Source: Octopus vulgaris
Lineage: Eukaryota
DNA: 64,000 nt
NCBI GenBank assembly: GCA_951406725.2
Contig: OX597822.1
Span: 89,218,001 to 89,282,000, forward strand
Direction: 5' to 3'
Shown here: positions 15,081 through 27,590 of the stretch, in pieces
How positions within the stretch are numbered: position 1 is the first letter of the stretch
Layout: each line of letters begins with the position of its first letter
Translations under genes and position numbers: made by a program
The notes under the pieces: generated by a model
The model's input: the letters and a program-made list of their open reading frames with translations, nothing else
Told to the model about the DNA's origin: nothing
Databases searched by the model: none

Positions 15081-15590
15081 TATATGTATATATATAACTA
15101 TATGCATATATATATATATATAACTATATGCATAAATATATATATGTATATATAGTTATATATATATAAACTATATATATATATATGTATAACTATATAT
15201 ATATTCATATATATATATATGTATATATATATATATGTATGTATATATATATATATGTATGTATATATATATATGTATATGTATAACTATATGCTTATGT
15301 ATTCATATATATATATATATGTATAACTATATGCATATATATTTATCTATCTCTCTCTCTATCTATATAAATATATAGTTATATGTATAACTATATATGT
15401 ATATATATATATATATATATAGGGAGAGTTCACAAAGAAAACAAAAGACGAAGACAGGTGGTGTAGCAAACAAACAGATGTATAATGCTCAGGAATTGAA
15501 AAAGTCTTTTATGTTTTGAGCCTACACTCTTCTACAGAAAGGGACACAAAAAAAGCAAGGAGAGAAAAAAAATGTGTGTAGTGGCAACGA

Positions 15591-15665
<75 letters not shown>

Positions 15666-15715
15666 AGTTATATGTATAACTATATGCATATATATTTATA
15701 TATATACCGATATAT

Positions 15716-15914
15716 TCTCTCTCTCTTTCACTTGTTTCAGTCATGTGACTGTGGCCATGCTGGAGCACCGCCTTGAATTGAGCAAATCGGCCCCAGGACT
15801 TACTCTTTGCAAGCCTAGTACTTATTCTATCGGCTCTTTTGCCAAACTGCTAAGTTACGGGGATGTAAACATACCAGCATCGGTTGTCAAGCGATGTTGG
15901 GGGAACAAACACAA

Positions 15915-15915
<1 letters not shown>
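15716..15915 (-). mobile_element. SINE family B, 3' half
   Basis: cttgtttcagtcatgtgactgtggccatgctggagcaccgcc...aagcctagtacttattctatcgg; recognised as an abundant octopus-type SINE tail. Confidence 0.6.
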
Positions 15916-16007
<92 letters not shown>

Positions 16008-16204
16008 TATATTATATAGTAAAATATATATATATATAGATAGATATAGATACATATTATATGAATATTAGATGAGCATGGCTGAGTGTGAGTCTCAACA
16101 AAATGTAGAGACTCTAACGACGTGCGAGTCTCAACAAAATGTAGACTCGAATGACATGCTTGTTTATAAATGCCTAATGCTTTCTTGGGCCCTATTATTT
16201 TTTT

Positions 16205-17290
16205 ATGACCAAATTATCCAGGTACATAAAAGAGAAAGAGAAAGGTGTCAGTTACAACATCCATTGGAAGATCTTAGCCAAGTGTAAGCCTTACACCAAC
16301 AGCAGTGATAAGTGCGGTCTTTGTGATATGGAAAGATGTCTCATCTGAAAAAGCAGCTTAGGCACTGCTACATGTCTAAATTCAAGGACTGAACTTTTTG
16401 TATCATGTCCATATGTAGCTAAATATTTGTTAAGTTTTTGGTCCCCCCAAGATCACAGATAGAACTTGCTTTTTATCTCTCTATACATTTTATATATATT
16501 TCTTATACATTTTTACATATTTTTTTACATACTTATAGAGATATATTTAAAAATTTTCTTGCTTTATATATTTTTACACTTTTTTTACTGTATTTTACCT
16601 TCCACCCTGCATTTTGCTTGTGCATGTGCATATATAGATGTGTATATGAAATGTTTGTGTGCATGAATATGCACATGTGTATGGTTGCATATGTACGTGG
16701 GAGTCCATGCAAGTGTAAGTGATCATATGCACATGTGTTTTTTAGACATGCATTTGAATATAACTGTGCACATATGGTTACGTGTGTGCATGTACATATG
16801 CATTTGAATATAACTGCGCATATGGGTATGTGCACATGTGTGTGTGTGTATGTAGATTTCTATATGTGTACATGCATGGTTGCATATATATGTGCATCTA
16901 TTTGACGTATATGTGGGTGCGCATGTGTGTGCTTCATGCAAGTCTGAGTGAATGTATGCATACAGGCACATATACGTGGGTGTGCGCACATGCATGTGTA
17001 TGTATGTATATGGGCGAACATACGAATTCTATGAGTTTTCTTATTCCTTTACTTTTTACTTCCTCCCCTTCAGTTTTTTCCCTTATTTAATGGTCATTCT
17101 AATAGCTCTTTTGTCTTAATAACGGTCATTTACATAGTAATAACCCTTTGTTTAACAGTAATTTTCATAGCATATTTTAATTGCCTCGATAACTGAAGAG
17201 ATGTCGGTGCAGGTTTCCGTCCCGACATCTGAAACTCGGAGTTTTATTATGGCAACCAAATAATTGTCACATATTATATTACAAATATAT
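16205..17290 (+). mobile_element. Penelope-like element 3' part, second copy (decayed GIY-YIG C-terminus, spacer, hammerhead-like terminal repeat)
   Basis: 16205-16470 matches the reverse complement of 7610-7880; 17010-17290 matches the reverse complement of 6415-6610. Confidence 0.8.
17188..17248 (+). ncRNA. Candidate type I hammerhead ribozyme in a Penelope-like terminal repeat
   Basis: GATAA-CTGAAGA-GATGTCGG(14-nt loop)CCGACATC-T-GAAA-CTC-G-GAG-TT-TTATT; stems I, II and III all pair; one extra nt before GAAA. Confidence 0.65.
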
Positions 17291-18233
17291 ATAATAATAA
17301 TAATAATAATAATATTAATAATATAAATAATATATAAATATATGCATATATACATACATATATGTACATACCTACATATATGTACATACCTACATATATA
17401 TGTATATATACATGCATATATGGGTACAGGACATCAAAAAGACATTGAACACAATGAGAAATGCAAACATAAAAACAAAAACATAGAAAACGAATTTTTT
17501 TTTTGAACAACGAAAAAACAAATAGAAACGAGAAGAATATTCCCTTTTATCAGTTTTCCATTTCATTTACTCCACATTTCAAAGGTAAGGACAATACGCG
17601 ACTTTGTTGAAACAATCCTTCCCGCAAAGCAAATTAAATAAAATTTGGGATTTTTTGCGAAGGGTGAAAGTGGTAACAAGAACAGGACAGTGAGAACAAG
17701 ACAGTAAAAACAAACGGTGAGCGCTGTTAAATCAAGACGATAGAAAAATTATTATGAACGCTAGGAGGACGAGCAAAGAGAGGAGACAGGTATAAACACG
17801 TCTTGTCTTTAGGAAGGAAATGGACAGAAAGATAAATTCCCTTTCATCACGTGTCAGCGCCGAGAGAGTCAAGGAGAAGTTTTATCTATCTATCTACATA
17901 CATACATACGTACGTACGTACGTGTTAGATAGATACATAAATAGTTTATAGAATTCAATTAGAGATTAAATTAGCCTCATTAAGGGATAGTAATACCCAA
18001 TGAATTACTGGTTCATTACCTGATATTTGTTATGAATAATAATATTCATAAAATAATAGGTCTAAATATAAATCATGGTTTATAATCATGTAAAAGAAAA
18101 TTAGGAAATGGAGATATAGCATTTAATAAAAATTTATCTGCTAAAACCCTCTTTCCATATTATTCTGGATTTGCTATTTATTTGTTTATTTAATTGAACT
18201 TTATTGCATTATGATTATAAACATAAACAATAA

Positions 18234-18294
<61 letters not shown>

Positions 18295-18296
<2 letters not shown>

Positions 18297-18753
18297 TTTC
18301 TTCTTTCAAATTTGCTTCCATTTCTTGCCGGGTGTCTTCCCGACTCCTAGGGCAAAGAATATACATTGGTAGGCCATTAAACCAAACTCAGTAGTTCGTT
18401 CATTTTTTTTTTTTTTTTTTTTTAAGTTAAATTAAAATACATGAGCAGCAACAGTTCTCACATTGACAATGCTCTTCTCAATACGTGTGATGTACCAGTT
18501 AAGACAATCTTTTGCACTTCTTGCAGGGATGGTAAGCCAGGGATCATTCTCATATAATTTTCGGTTCCCTTCTTGATCATTCCTAGTGCTCCTACGATCA
18601 CTGGTATTGTAACCGCCTTGAGATGCCACATTTTCTCAATTTCAATGAGTAGGTCTTTATATTTTCTGAGCTTGTCAAACTCTTTCGCTGAGATATTATG
18701 ATCACAGGGGATGCTCATGTCGATCAATAAGCAAACTTTATTGTTTTGGTCTT
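18295..18753 (-). mobile_element. R4/Dong-type non-LTR retrotransposon, 3' fragment (restriction-like endonuclease C-terminus) inserted in (TAA)n
   Basis: LIDMSIP.D.NI..KE..K..KY.DL..EI..MW....TIPVIVGALG; (TTA)n on both flanks. Confidence 0.8.
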
Positions 18754-18767
18754 TATTATTATCATCA

Positions 18768-18819
<52 letters not shown>

Positions 18820-19213
18820 GCGTGGCGTGGTGATCTCATATCAAGATAAATAGCACATGACCTTGCAGGTAGGGCCCAGTTAGAATTTTCTTCTGGTCAA
18901 GTAACCCATCCTGCTCAAAAGGTCCCTGAATAAGGGTTGTTTAAGGATGTTGAACGAAACACCCATGTTTCCAGAGGTGAATTATCCAAACCTCCAAGAA
19001 TTCCTTTCAACACTCTGCTTGCACATATCGTCAGCCACTAAAGGACATGCTCAACTGGTTACGGTCAAGCAACTGACAAGCAAATCTGTGGTATTGAGCA
19101 GAATATTTGCTGTAGCCCATCTTTTATACCAAGACAAAACAATGTACATGATAACACTTCCAATCAGTTAAGATCAGAAGCCACGAGAGCCACTGCTTGG
19201 TAGTGCATCAGGG

Positions 19214-19216
<3 letters not shown>
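18820..19216. repeat. Unclassified ~400-bp non-coding element flanked on both sides by (TTA)n
   Basis: Sharp boundaries against pure TTA tracts; no credible ORF. Confidence 0.5.
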
Positions 19217-19272
<56 letters not shown>

Positions 19273-20703
19273 TTAGAAATTATTTATCCCTTTCTGATAA
19301 TTAAATGCTATGTTTTCATTTCCTAATTTTCTTAGACAGACAGACAGACGCATGCACATGAATAGCTTATATATTATGCTTTTGTTGTCTTGTGTATTGT
19401 AAATTTAAAAAGTACAATGAACGTTTTGTCTCTGAAATTCCTTATTTCACATTTGGGATTTAAAATAGCCCTCATCTACTTACACAGACACACATAACTG
19501 CCCTCCCACTCACTCAATCAATAATAAAAAAAAAGTTCTGCCGAATGTGAAGAACTGACAAACAATGGAATAAGTATATAGATAAAGGGATTTGGTGGTA
19601 AATAAGTCGAAAGAGATAATGGTTATGTGTAAATAGAAGGTTTATAAACTTTTAAGCGAAGAAAGAGAATACATATATAACAGATCGCATTAGAATTCGT
19701 TATTTTTTTCTTCGTGGAGATATTCTGGTTATGAAATTAAATAAGCAAATAACAAAAGCAACAAAATACCAAGCACAAAAGGGGAAAAATGAATGAAAGA
19801 GAGAGAAAGAGAGAGAGAGAGAGAGAGTACGTATAGAAAAAGTAAGTTATAATTCAAAAATTCTATTTGAACCTATATTATAACACGACGTAGGATGTGC
19901 TTTTGCAAAGAACTTATTGTTTGTATAAGTACTTCCTTTTAGTGTTAAGCACTTTTTTAAAAATGAGACAAATTCTATAGATAATGGTTTAGCAAATAAA
20001 AGACACGCCCAATACATAATGCAAAACTTATTACTAGAGTTTTATTATCTAATGTTGTAATAATAATTCCTAGACGTAATTATGTGAAATTAATAAAATT
20101 TATGTTCTTTTCAAAAAAGACTTTTCTAAGATAAAAATTATCTTCGCATTGTTAAAGTATTCGGCGGTGTTTTTGAATAACTGTCCTTCGAAGTTCCATA
20201 TCTTATTGGGAAGGAGAAGGGTAGTTTTTCTCCCTTCATTTTTTGTTCTAGTATTTTTGTTTCCAGTGCTTCTCAAGTACTTCATATATTTCGGATTAAC
20301 AAAATTATATTTAAAAATAAAATTGTGAAAAACCCTTGTTAAGAATACTTCATTAATTGAATAAACATCTAAGTATTTAGTAAATTTTCCGGTTTAAATC
20401 ATATTTATAGGTTAAAATATATAAATATTTTTAATGTTTATTTAAAATATTTTATGCCTAAAACGCACCAAAGCATTTTCTTATTTGCTTTAGATTGTAC
20501 CGTGAGTAAAAAAAAAAACGTTTGGGAACCAGTGATCTTAATGTTCATTTTATATAAACAAATTATCTACAACTCAAAACGCACATTTGTTAATTCTGCA
20601 AGCAGCGAAGTAATTAAGCCTTCAAATGTTTTGAGGCCAGTTGCATAAGTTGAAGGAATTTAGTGCTTAACTCTTACTCGTTCAGTCGTACGTGTGTATG
20701 CGC

Positions 20704-20734
<31 letters not shown>

Positions 20735-20756
20735 GAGTCTGTGGATACTCTTAATT

Positions 20757-20934
20757 GGTCAATATACAGTTTGAGACCCGTTAACGAAAAAAAAAAAAAA
20801 AAAACTCAGCCTACTAGGTGTTAAAGAATGTGTAGAAAAAGAATATGATAAAAAACATTGCCCAAACGGGGTGGGGTGGGGAGAGGACTTTCAGAAAATT
20901 CACAAAATCCGATTTTTCCCTCATAACTTTCAGG

Positions 20935-20978
<44 letters not shown>

Positions 20979-21457
20979 ATTTTATAGAAATATCGTTCAA
21001 ATGGCACAAATTGCGGTCATAAAGAAATCCGGGGGGAAAATGTTTTTCCGAAGGGGTGGGGAGAGGTCTGTTGGAAAGTTCACACGATCCGTTTTTTTTC
21101 CCCTCATAACTTTCAGGATCTAGTTTAGTGCCCAGTCACCAAAACAAAAAAAAAACAAAACAAAAAAAACCCAGTTTAATAGGTGTAAACAAATGTGTAG
21201 AAAACGAATTCCCCAGAAATCTATTTATAATCGTAATTTGTGCAAATGAATGGTATTTGTATAAAATTTCATCAATATATACCTATCTTCCTGAAAGTTA
21301 TGGTGAAAAAAATCGGATCTTGTGAATTTTCCGAAAGTCCTTTCAACACCTCCACAATTTTTTTTTCATATTCGTTTTCTACACATTTTTTTTTTACATC
21401 TAGTAGGCTGGGTTTTTTTTTTGTTTTCGTTAACGGGTCTCAAACTGTATATTGACC
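20757..21457. mobile_element. Foldback MITE with long TIRs, TTAA-associated (Kolobok-like)
   Basis: Terminal ggtcaatatacagtttgagacccgttaacgaaaa and its reverse complement; inverted similarity continues for about 250 bp; TTAA at 21458-21461 and 20751-20754, the left one offset by 2 nt. Confidence 0.8.
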
Positions 21458-21639
21458 TTAATGCTTTTTCATCCACTTTGTTTTGAACTAATCATGCATT
21501 ATCTTGGAGCTATGAGAATTTGATGAGGTAGCTGTTTGGACATAAAACAGGCAGAATACTTTTGGCCGGATATGGCCAGTTTAAATGCTAAAGGGTTAAT
21601 TAGGTTATATGTAATCAGTACAGGGCTATTACATAATAT

Positions 21640-21869
21640 AGGCTTCAAATTTTGAAAGAAGGCCAGCAATTTCAGTGGGTGGGGGCTAGTCGATTACATC
21701 GACCCCAGTGTTCAACTGGTACTTATTTTATCAACCTTAAATGGATGAAAGGCAAAGTCGACTTAGTCGGAATTTGAACTTAGAGAGTGTAAGGATACAC
21801 AAAATGCTGCTAAGCATTTTGTCAAGCATTTTGTCTGGCAAGCTAACAATTCAGTCAGTTAACCACCTT
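21640..21869 (-). mobile_element. SINE with the family A head/core but a different 3' tail; 18-bp TSD
   Basis: Core agtcgattacatcgacc...ggatgaaaggcaaagtcgac shared with 325-550; TSD agggctattacataatat at 21622-21639 and 21870-21887. Older copies near 34090-34270, 46750-46940, 55150-55330 and 63560-63740. Confidence 0.8.
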
Positions 21870-22067
21870 AGGGCTATTACATAATATTAAGATCATCTAT
21901 ATATATAAAAGAGAGATTCTGTTTGTTTGTCCCACAACATAATTGGGACACCATCTCATTTATAAGTGTGGGTGTTTTATCCACTTTCACACTTAAACAA
22001 TGGTGATGATAATGATGATGTGACCAGAGCTAAAGTGCCAAAATTTTCAAAGAATCAACACCTTTCA

Positions 22068-22134
<67 letters not shown>

Positions 22135-22989
22135 CTCTCTGTTTATCTTCCTGTCTTTCTATTTGGCCAGAAATTGTCCTGTGGGTGGCGAGAATGGTCA
22201 GCACTCAAGACAATAACAACCATCACACCATATATATTCATTCATTTATTCATTCAAGGATGGTCTGTTCTGCACAATTAAACACAGTCAATCTCTCTCT
22301 GTCTCTCTTTCTAATGACTGCCTCAAGTAAAAAAAAACATTTTGGGGTCAATATGTCCAACTTAATATTCTTCAAGATGGTGCACCAGCATGGCCAGCAG
22401 AGCAGACCTCTAAAGAAATGGTGCCACTATTTTTTTATCTTTTTGTCTCTCTTTCTCTCTCTCTAAAAGAACACATACGCACACACACACACATATTGGT
22501 CAGTAGTTCATATATCCAAAAAAAGAAGCACACACTAAAACATTAGAGTAATAATATTTATACGGTTGTTTATGTCCAATGGTCACTCTCACTGACCATA
22601 AACAACCTTCTATATATATAAATGTAAGATCCAGTGATTGAGGTGTAGGAAGAAAGTTAGCTTCAAGCAATCCATAGTAAATATAAAAAACAACTTTTAG
22701 GGACAATAGTGGTTTATTAGGACGGAAGGTTGTGAATTTTTTTTGTATCAAAGTATGATAAACTGAAAAAAAGTTCTTTTTATATTTCACAGTAGGCAAC
22801 AAGGGTTGCTGGGTGTGCAAATAAGAATACAAGAGTTACATGTTAACACATGGCAGATTCAATCAGAATGAATCTTTTATGCGTTAACATGTACCTGCTT
22901 ATAACAATGTAAACTTTCATTTAATCAAAATATCCTTTGTCTGAAGAGCAGCCTGCAGTATATATCTTGCTTGGATATTTACCACTTCT

Positions 22990-23777
22990 GAGTTTGAGGG
23001 AAGTACAAGAAATATTACAAAACATTTTAAAGTAAGAGATAAAGTTCATTTTAAAAATTACCAAAATGGTAAAGAAGGTTGGGAAGATGGCTGTGTAATC
23101 AAAAGATTAGGTAAAATGATGTATTTAATTAAAGGACAATGTTTGGAATATAAGAGAGACTTCAACCAGTTAAGATGAGGCATACAGAAGAAGGAAGAGT
23201 AATATCAATTGACGTCTTCTATGATACGTTTGAAGTGCCTGCACTGAGAGATATTGAACCCTGTAGAACTGGCTTCAGAAAGCAAAACGGACTAAATATC
23301 TAGAAGTATTAACTAAATGTATTGAATTTGCAAAAAAAATAAAAATAAAAAAAGGAAAGGAAAACAAGAGTGCTTAGTACAACGAAAAGGGAAATTGCTG
23401 TGTGCAGCAAACAATATTTCCTTAAAAGTCGGGCAACAATTAAGATACAACAGCTAAAGGGAAAAAAAGAGGAGAGGTACTGGGAGGAAAAAATAAATAA
23501 AAATAAAAGAAATCCCACTTTCTCACAGTAGTTGAAATCTCAAAAGGGGAGATGTTGTGATGAGAGTTACAATGCCCCCCCCCCTTGCAATAGTAACGAT
23601 CCGAGTGAGTTTGAGGTTCAGAGTTCGGAGTCCAGTGAAGTCGGAAGGTGTTGGTTGGTTAGTTCATAAGGAATATTGATTGTTTGTTTGTTTGTAAAGA
23701 GATTTGTTAGTTTATTACATTGTTTTTACTATTGTCTGGTTACCTTATTTATTGTATGTAACAAATTACGTTACAAC
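22990..23777 (+). mobile_element. Gypsy-type LTR retrotransposon remnant (integrase C-terminus, PPT, 3' LTR)
   Basis: FKVRDKVHFKNY...WEDG.VIKRLGKMMYLI.....KRDFNQLR; PPT aaaaggggaga then TGTTG at 23553, ending ...ttacaac at 23777. Confidence 0.6.
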
Positions 23778-25537
23778 TCTGCATAGGTTAGATAGTTGGA
23801 CAGGATTCTGTGGGTTGGAAGACTTACATCATTCCAGTGTCTCAGTTTTGGCTTGGCTACTACCACTGGAGTCAGCACATATTTTGGTGTACTACTTCCA
23901 TAAATGCGTTCAAAGGATTGCAGTTTGCTTGCGTTTAATTTTTGGTTTTATTCCTACAGTTTGTTATTCTTCCTTACATCGATCAGCTTTCAGAGTGGGT
24001 GCTTTTTGGCATGGCACCAGTCCTAGAGAGGTGTTCTGCCCTTGACTTGACTTAAGGAACCTCATCTTTGCTCACTTGTCAGCCTTTGTACATAGCAGGA
24101 GATGAGAATAAATGAAAGTGAGGAGAGGGATGTGTAATAGTGATTGAGTGATAGGTCAATAAGTGATGGGTAGAAGGGATGAGTGATGAGGTACTCAGTT
24201 TTCTGAGTTATGTATATTCAGAATAGTGTAAGCAAGAGGATAAGGTGGTGGCACAAGGCTAATGACACAGAAGAAGGAGTGATGACAGAGACTTTGGATG
24301 CGTGGGAGAGAAGAAGCAAGAATATAATGCCAGTGAAAATGGAGTGAGGACAAGCTGTACAGTAGAGGTGAGTAAAGGTATAGTGTATAGGGCACAATGG
24401 TTCAATGCAGCATCCTACACATAAGTTTCAAGATGGGCTTGATGAAAGTGGTAGTCACAAGAATGGAATGTGGTTGGGTACCAGTGAACAGTATAAGTTG
24501 GGTACTAAACCAATGTGTGGCACAAATTAGTGTTGGTGAGAGGGACATCTGATCAGATAGGTGCTGTGGCATCTGTAGCTGATCTTGAACCAAAGGGCAG
24601 ACATGAGATCTAACGCCAATTTCATCTACAAGTGGTATGGAACAGTGAAATTGAGAAGGGGATGGAGGGATTAGAAGATGAAGTAATAGAGGTATAGGTA
24701 TGTGAAGCATGAAGTATAAAGGCATAGGCAGAAGAGATATTGGTTATAGTAAATTGGGTAATAGACAGATGTGTGATAAAAGGATGTGTGGTAAGAGGGA
24801 AAGGTGCTAATGATAGAGGAAATGGAATGGGTGAGAGCTAGGGAGAAATTATCAGAGAAACAATGACGTGATCTTGATAGTACTTTGATATATATAATTG
24901 AAAATGAAGAGGAGAGTGGAGAATTACTCACATCCAAAACTTTTTATTAAAAAAGCATATATAACAATGACCAACATATGTTTCAATTGCAGCAACTACA
25001 CATTGCTCTGTATGCAATTATGCATCCTAGTCACTGCAATTTCATCAAGGGTCCATTACTCATGATGTTTTCAAAGTGAATTAATTCAAATAAGCTTCCT
25101 GCGCTGGTATTCAGTTGAAGGTTATAGCATTACTTTTTAAATCAAATTGAATTCTGGTCTTATAATCACCTCTACTGGTATTACAGTTGAATTGTGGTTT
25201 ATAAAATGTTGATTCATATTACAATCAATTGTAGCAGTTTTGTTTGCATTTTACTGTATGGTGTACATTATTTATTCAGAGGTAATTCGCTTATGCTTAG
25301 GTTTATGCCCTCAATATTATTATTGTTATTATTACTAAAATCATTTTAGTATTTGCAAAAATATTAATTATCACAGTCATTATGTTAACTAGTATAATTA
25401 TTAAAGATGGTAATTTATGTTTCTTTAAAACATTTAAGCATATATTTAATCCAATGTGGACATCTCATAGCCTGTTCCCCCCTCTCTCTATATATATATA
25501 TGCATAGAAGTATATAGAACTGCACAGATATGTACAT

Positions 25538-25586
<49 letters not shown>

Positions 25587-26605
25587 TATATACATACGCA
25601 CATACATATGCACATTACACATACACATATAAACACACACATAACACAATTTTTTAATAACTGTTTTGCTAAGACTGGATGTGTGGGCAGGTTCTTTAGC
25701 ATACAGAATACTGCCAAACAATATATATGTGTGTGTATACACGCATTCATCATCATCATCATTTAACATCTGCTTTCCATGTTGGTATGGGTTGGACGGT
25801 TTGATAGGAGCTGGCTGGGCAGAAGACTGTACCATGCTTCGCTGTCTGGATGCCCTTCCTGACACCAACGACCCTGTTGAGTGGACTGAGTGCTTTTTAT
25901 GTGGAAGAAAGCAAGAGAAAGAGGGAGAGAGATGGTGGTGAAGTGCCAGGGCATGCTCACAAGGAATAGGGATCAGATATAAATGGGATGGTAGAGAAGA
26001 GCCAGGGAGAGATAAGTGGTGACAAAGTGGAAGGGCATGCCCTCAGGGTACAGGGTCAGAATATAAATGATAGAGTATTGCCATGGTGCATGAGTAGGGA
26101 GTAGACTTCACATGAATACAAGGAGTGTGGGATAGGGTATGCAGTAACTGGTAAAACTTGGGCATATAGAGGGTGTGAGGGACAACAGGATAGCAATGAT
26201 ACAGTGAGCAGGGCAGTGAGAACAGGATTGGGGAGCAAGAGAGAAGCATAAGCATAGTATATGAAAAGAGAAAATGCGAGAAAGAGGAGAGATGTAGGAT
26301 GTGGAAAAGGTTTTATTATTGTTTCCTGTGAGTGGAACCCACAGTGCTTCTAGAACTCAATTTCACTGAAGTGGGCAGGTTTTCTCAAAAACCTCATATT
26401 ACCAGACAACTCAGTCCATTGTCATCTCCTCTGTGAGGCTCAAAATCCTGAGATCGGTCTTCACCACTTCGTCTCATATCTTCCTGAGTATTCCTCTCCC
26501 ATAGGTGCCATCCATCCTCAGTAATCGGCACCTCTTTATGCAGTTGTCTTCATTCGCATCACATGTCCAACCAATGTAATATTCTTTCTTGCATATACTG
26601 CATAC

Positions 26606-26648
<43 letters not shown>

Positions 26649-26673
26649 TACATACACATATATATGTCTACAT

Positions 26674-27305
26674 GATGATGATCATCATCATTGTTTAACG
26701 TCCGTTTTCCATTCTGGCATGGGTTGGACGGTTTAACTGGGGACTGGCAAGCCAGGAGGCCACACCAGGCTCCAGCATGAGAGCCAGTCAGGTGGCACTG
26801 GCATTGGCCACAACTACAATTTTCATTTGGTTTTATTTTGATTTTACTTGACTCAATTAGTCTCCCCAAGCATGGCATGTCGCCCGATGATTCAAAGGGT
26901 TTTTTTTAAATGCTATAGGCTATAGCTGTGATCTCACTTTACTTGCCGGGTCTTCACAGCATATCTTCAGAGGTCTTGGTCTTTTGTCATTGCCTCTGTG
27001 AGGCCCAATGTTCAAAGGTCATGCTTCACCACCTCATCCCATGTCTTCCATGGGTTCCTTCCACTGTTAAGGAGTGACACTTCTTCACACAGCTTTCCTC
27101 ATCCATACGCAGCACATGACCATACCAGGACAGTCGTCTCTCTTGCACACTACATCTGATTGTTCTTATGTCCAACATTTCTCTCAGGGTGCTTACACTC
27201 TGTCGTGTGTGCACACTGACATTACACATCCAGCAGATCATACTAGTTTCATTTCTTTCAAGCCTGCACGCATCTTCGGCAGTCACAGCCCATGTTTCAC
27301 TGCCC
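26674..27305 (-). mobile_element. RTE LINE 3' fragment (ORF end, 3'UTR and (GAT)n tail)
   Basis: ETWAVTAED...WYGHVLRMDEESCVKKC, as in copies A-C. Confidence 0.85.
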
Positions 27306-27439
27306 TAAATCTCTGACTACATAACAGGTTCTTTAGCTTCCAAATCCTTCATTTTTGGATTGGTCTGCCTCTTGGTATCCTTCTGGCATTCAAATCTAAA
27401 GTCACTAATAACTAGTCTATGCTGGGGGGTACTTTCTTC

Positions 27440-27590
27440 ACCAGGGAGGGATTTTTGTATTTAAGAGCAACCTTGCATCCTGCTGTCTGGTGAAGATGAA
27501 ATCAATCTGGCTCTTGATGGTGTCAAGCCAGCGGGTTCTTGGTCGGCATCTTCCTCTCTTGCCACTGACCATTCCGAGCATGATGTCCTT
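27440..27590 (-). mobile_element. 3' fragment of a different (BovB-like) RTE lineage
   Basis: DIMLGMVSGKRGRCRPRTRWLDTIK. Confidence 0.55.

Noticed and set aside
16087-16150. 36-bp tandem duplication with a small hairpin (gagtctcaacaaaatgtaga)
   Set aside because: Only two units and no further structure to interpret.
21894-21945. Second Helitron (tctatatatataaaa...ctgtttgtttgtc)
   Set aside because: Only a 5'-like end is visible; no 3' hairpin or CTRR terminus was found.
24400-24620. Possible decayed GIY-YIG coding remnant in the purine-rich tract
   Set aside because: Too degenerate to translate into convincing motifs by eye.
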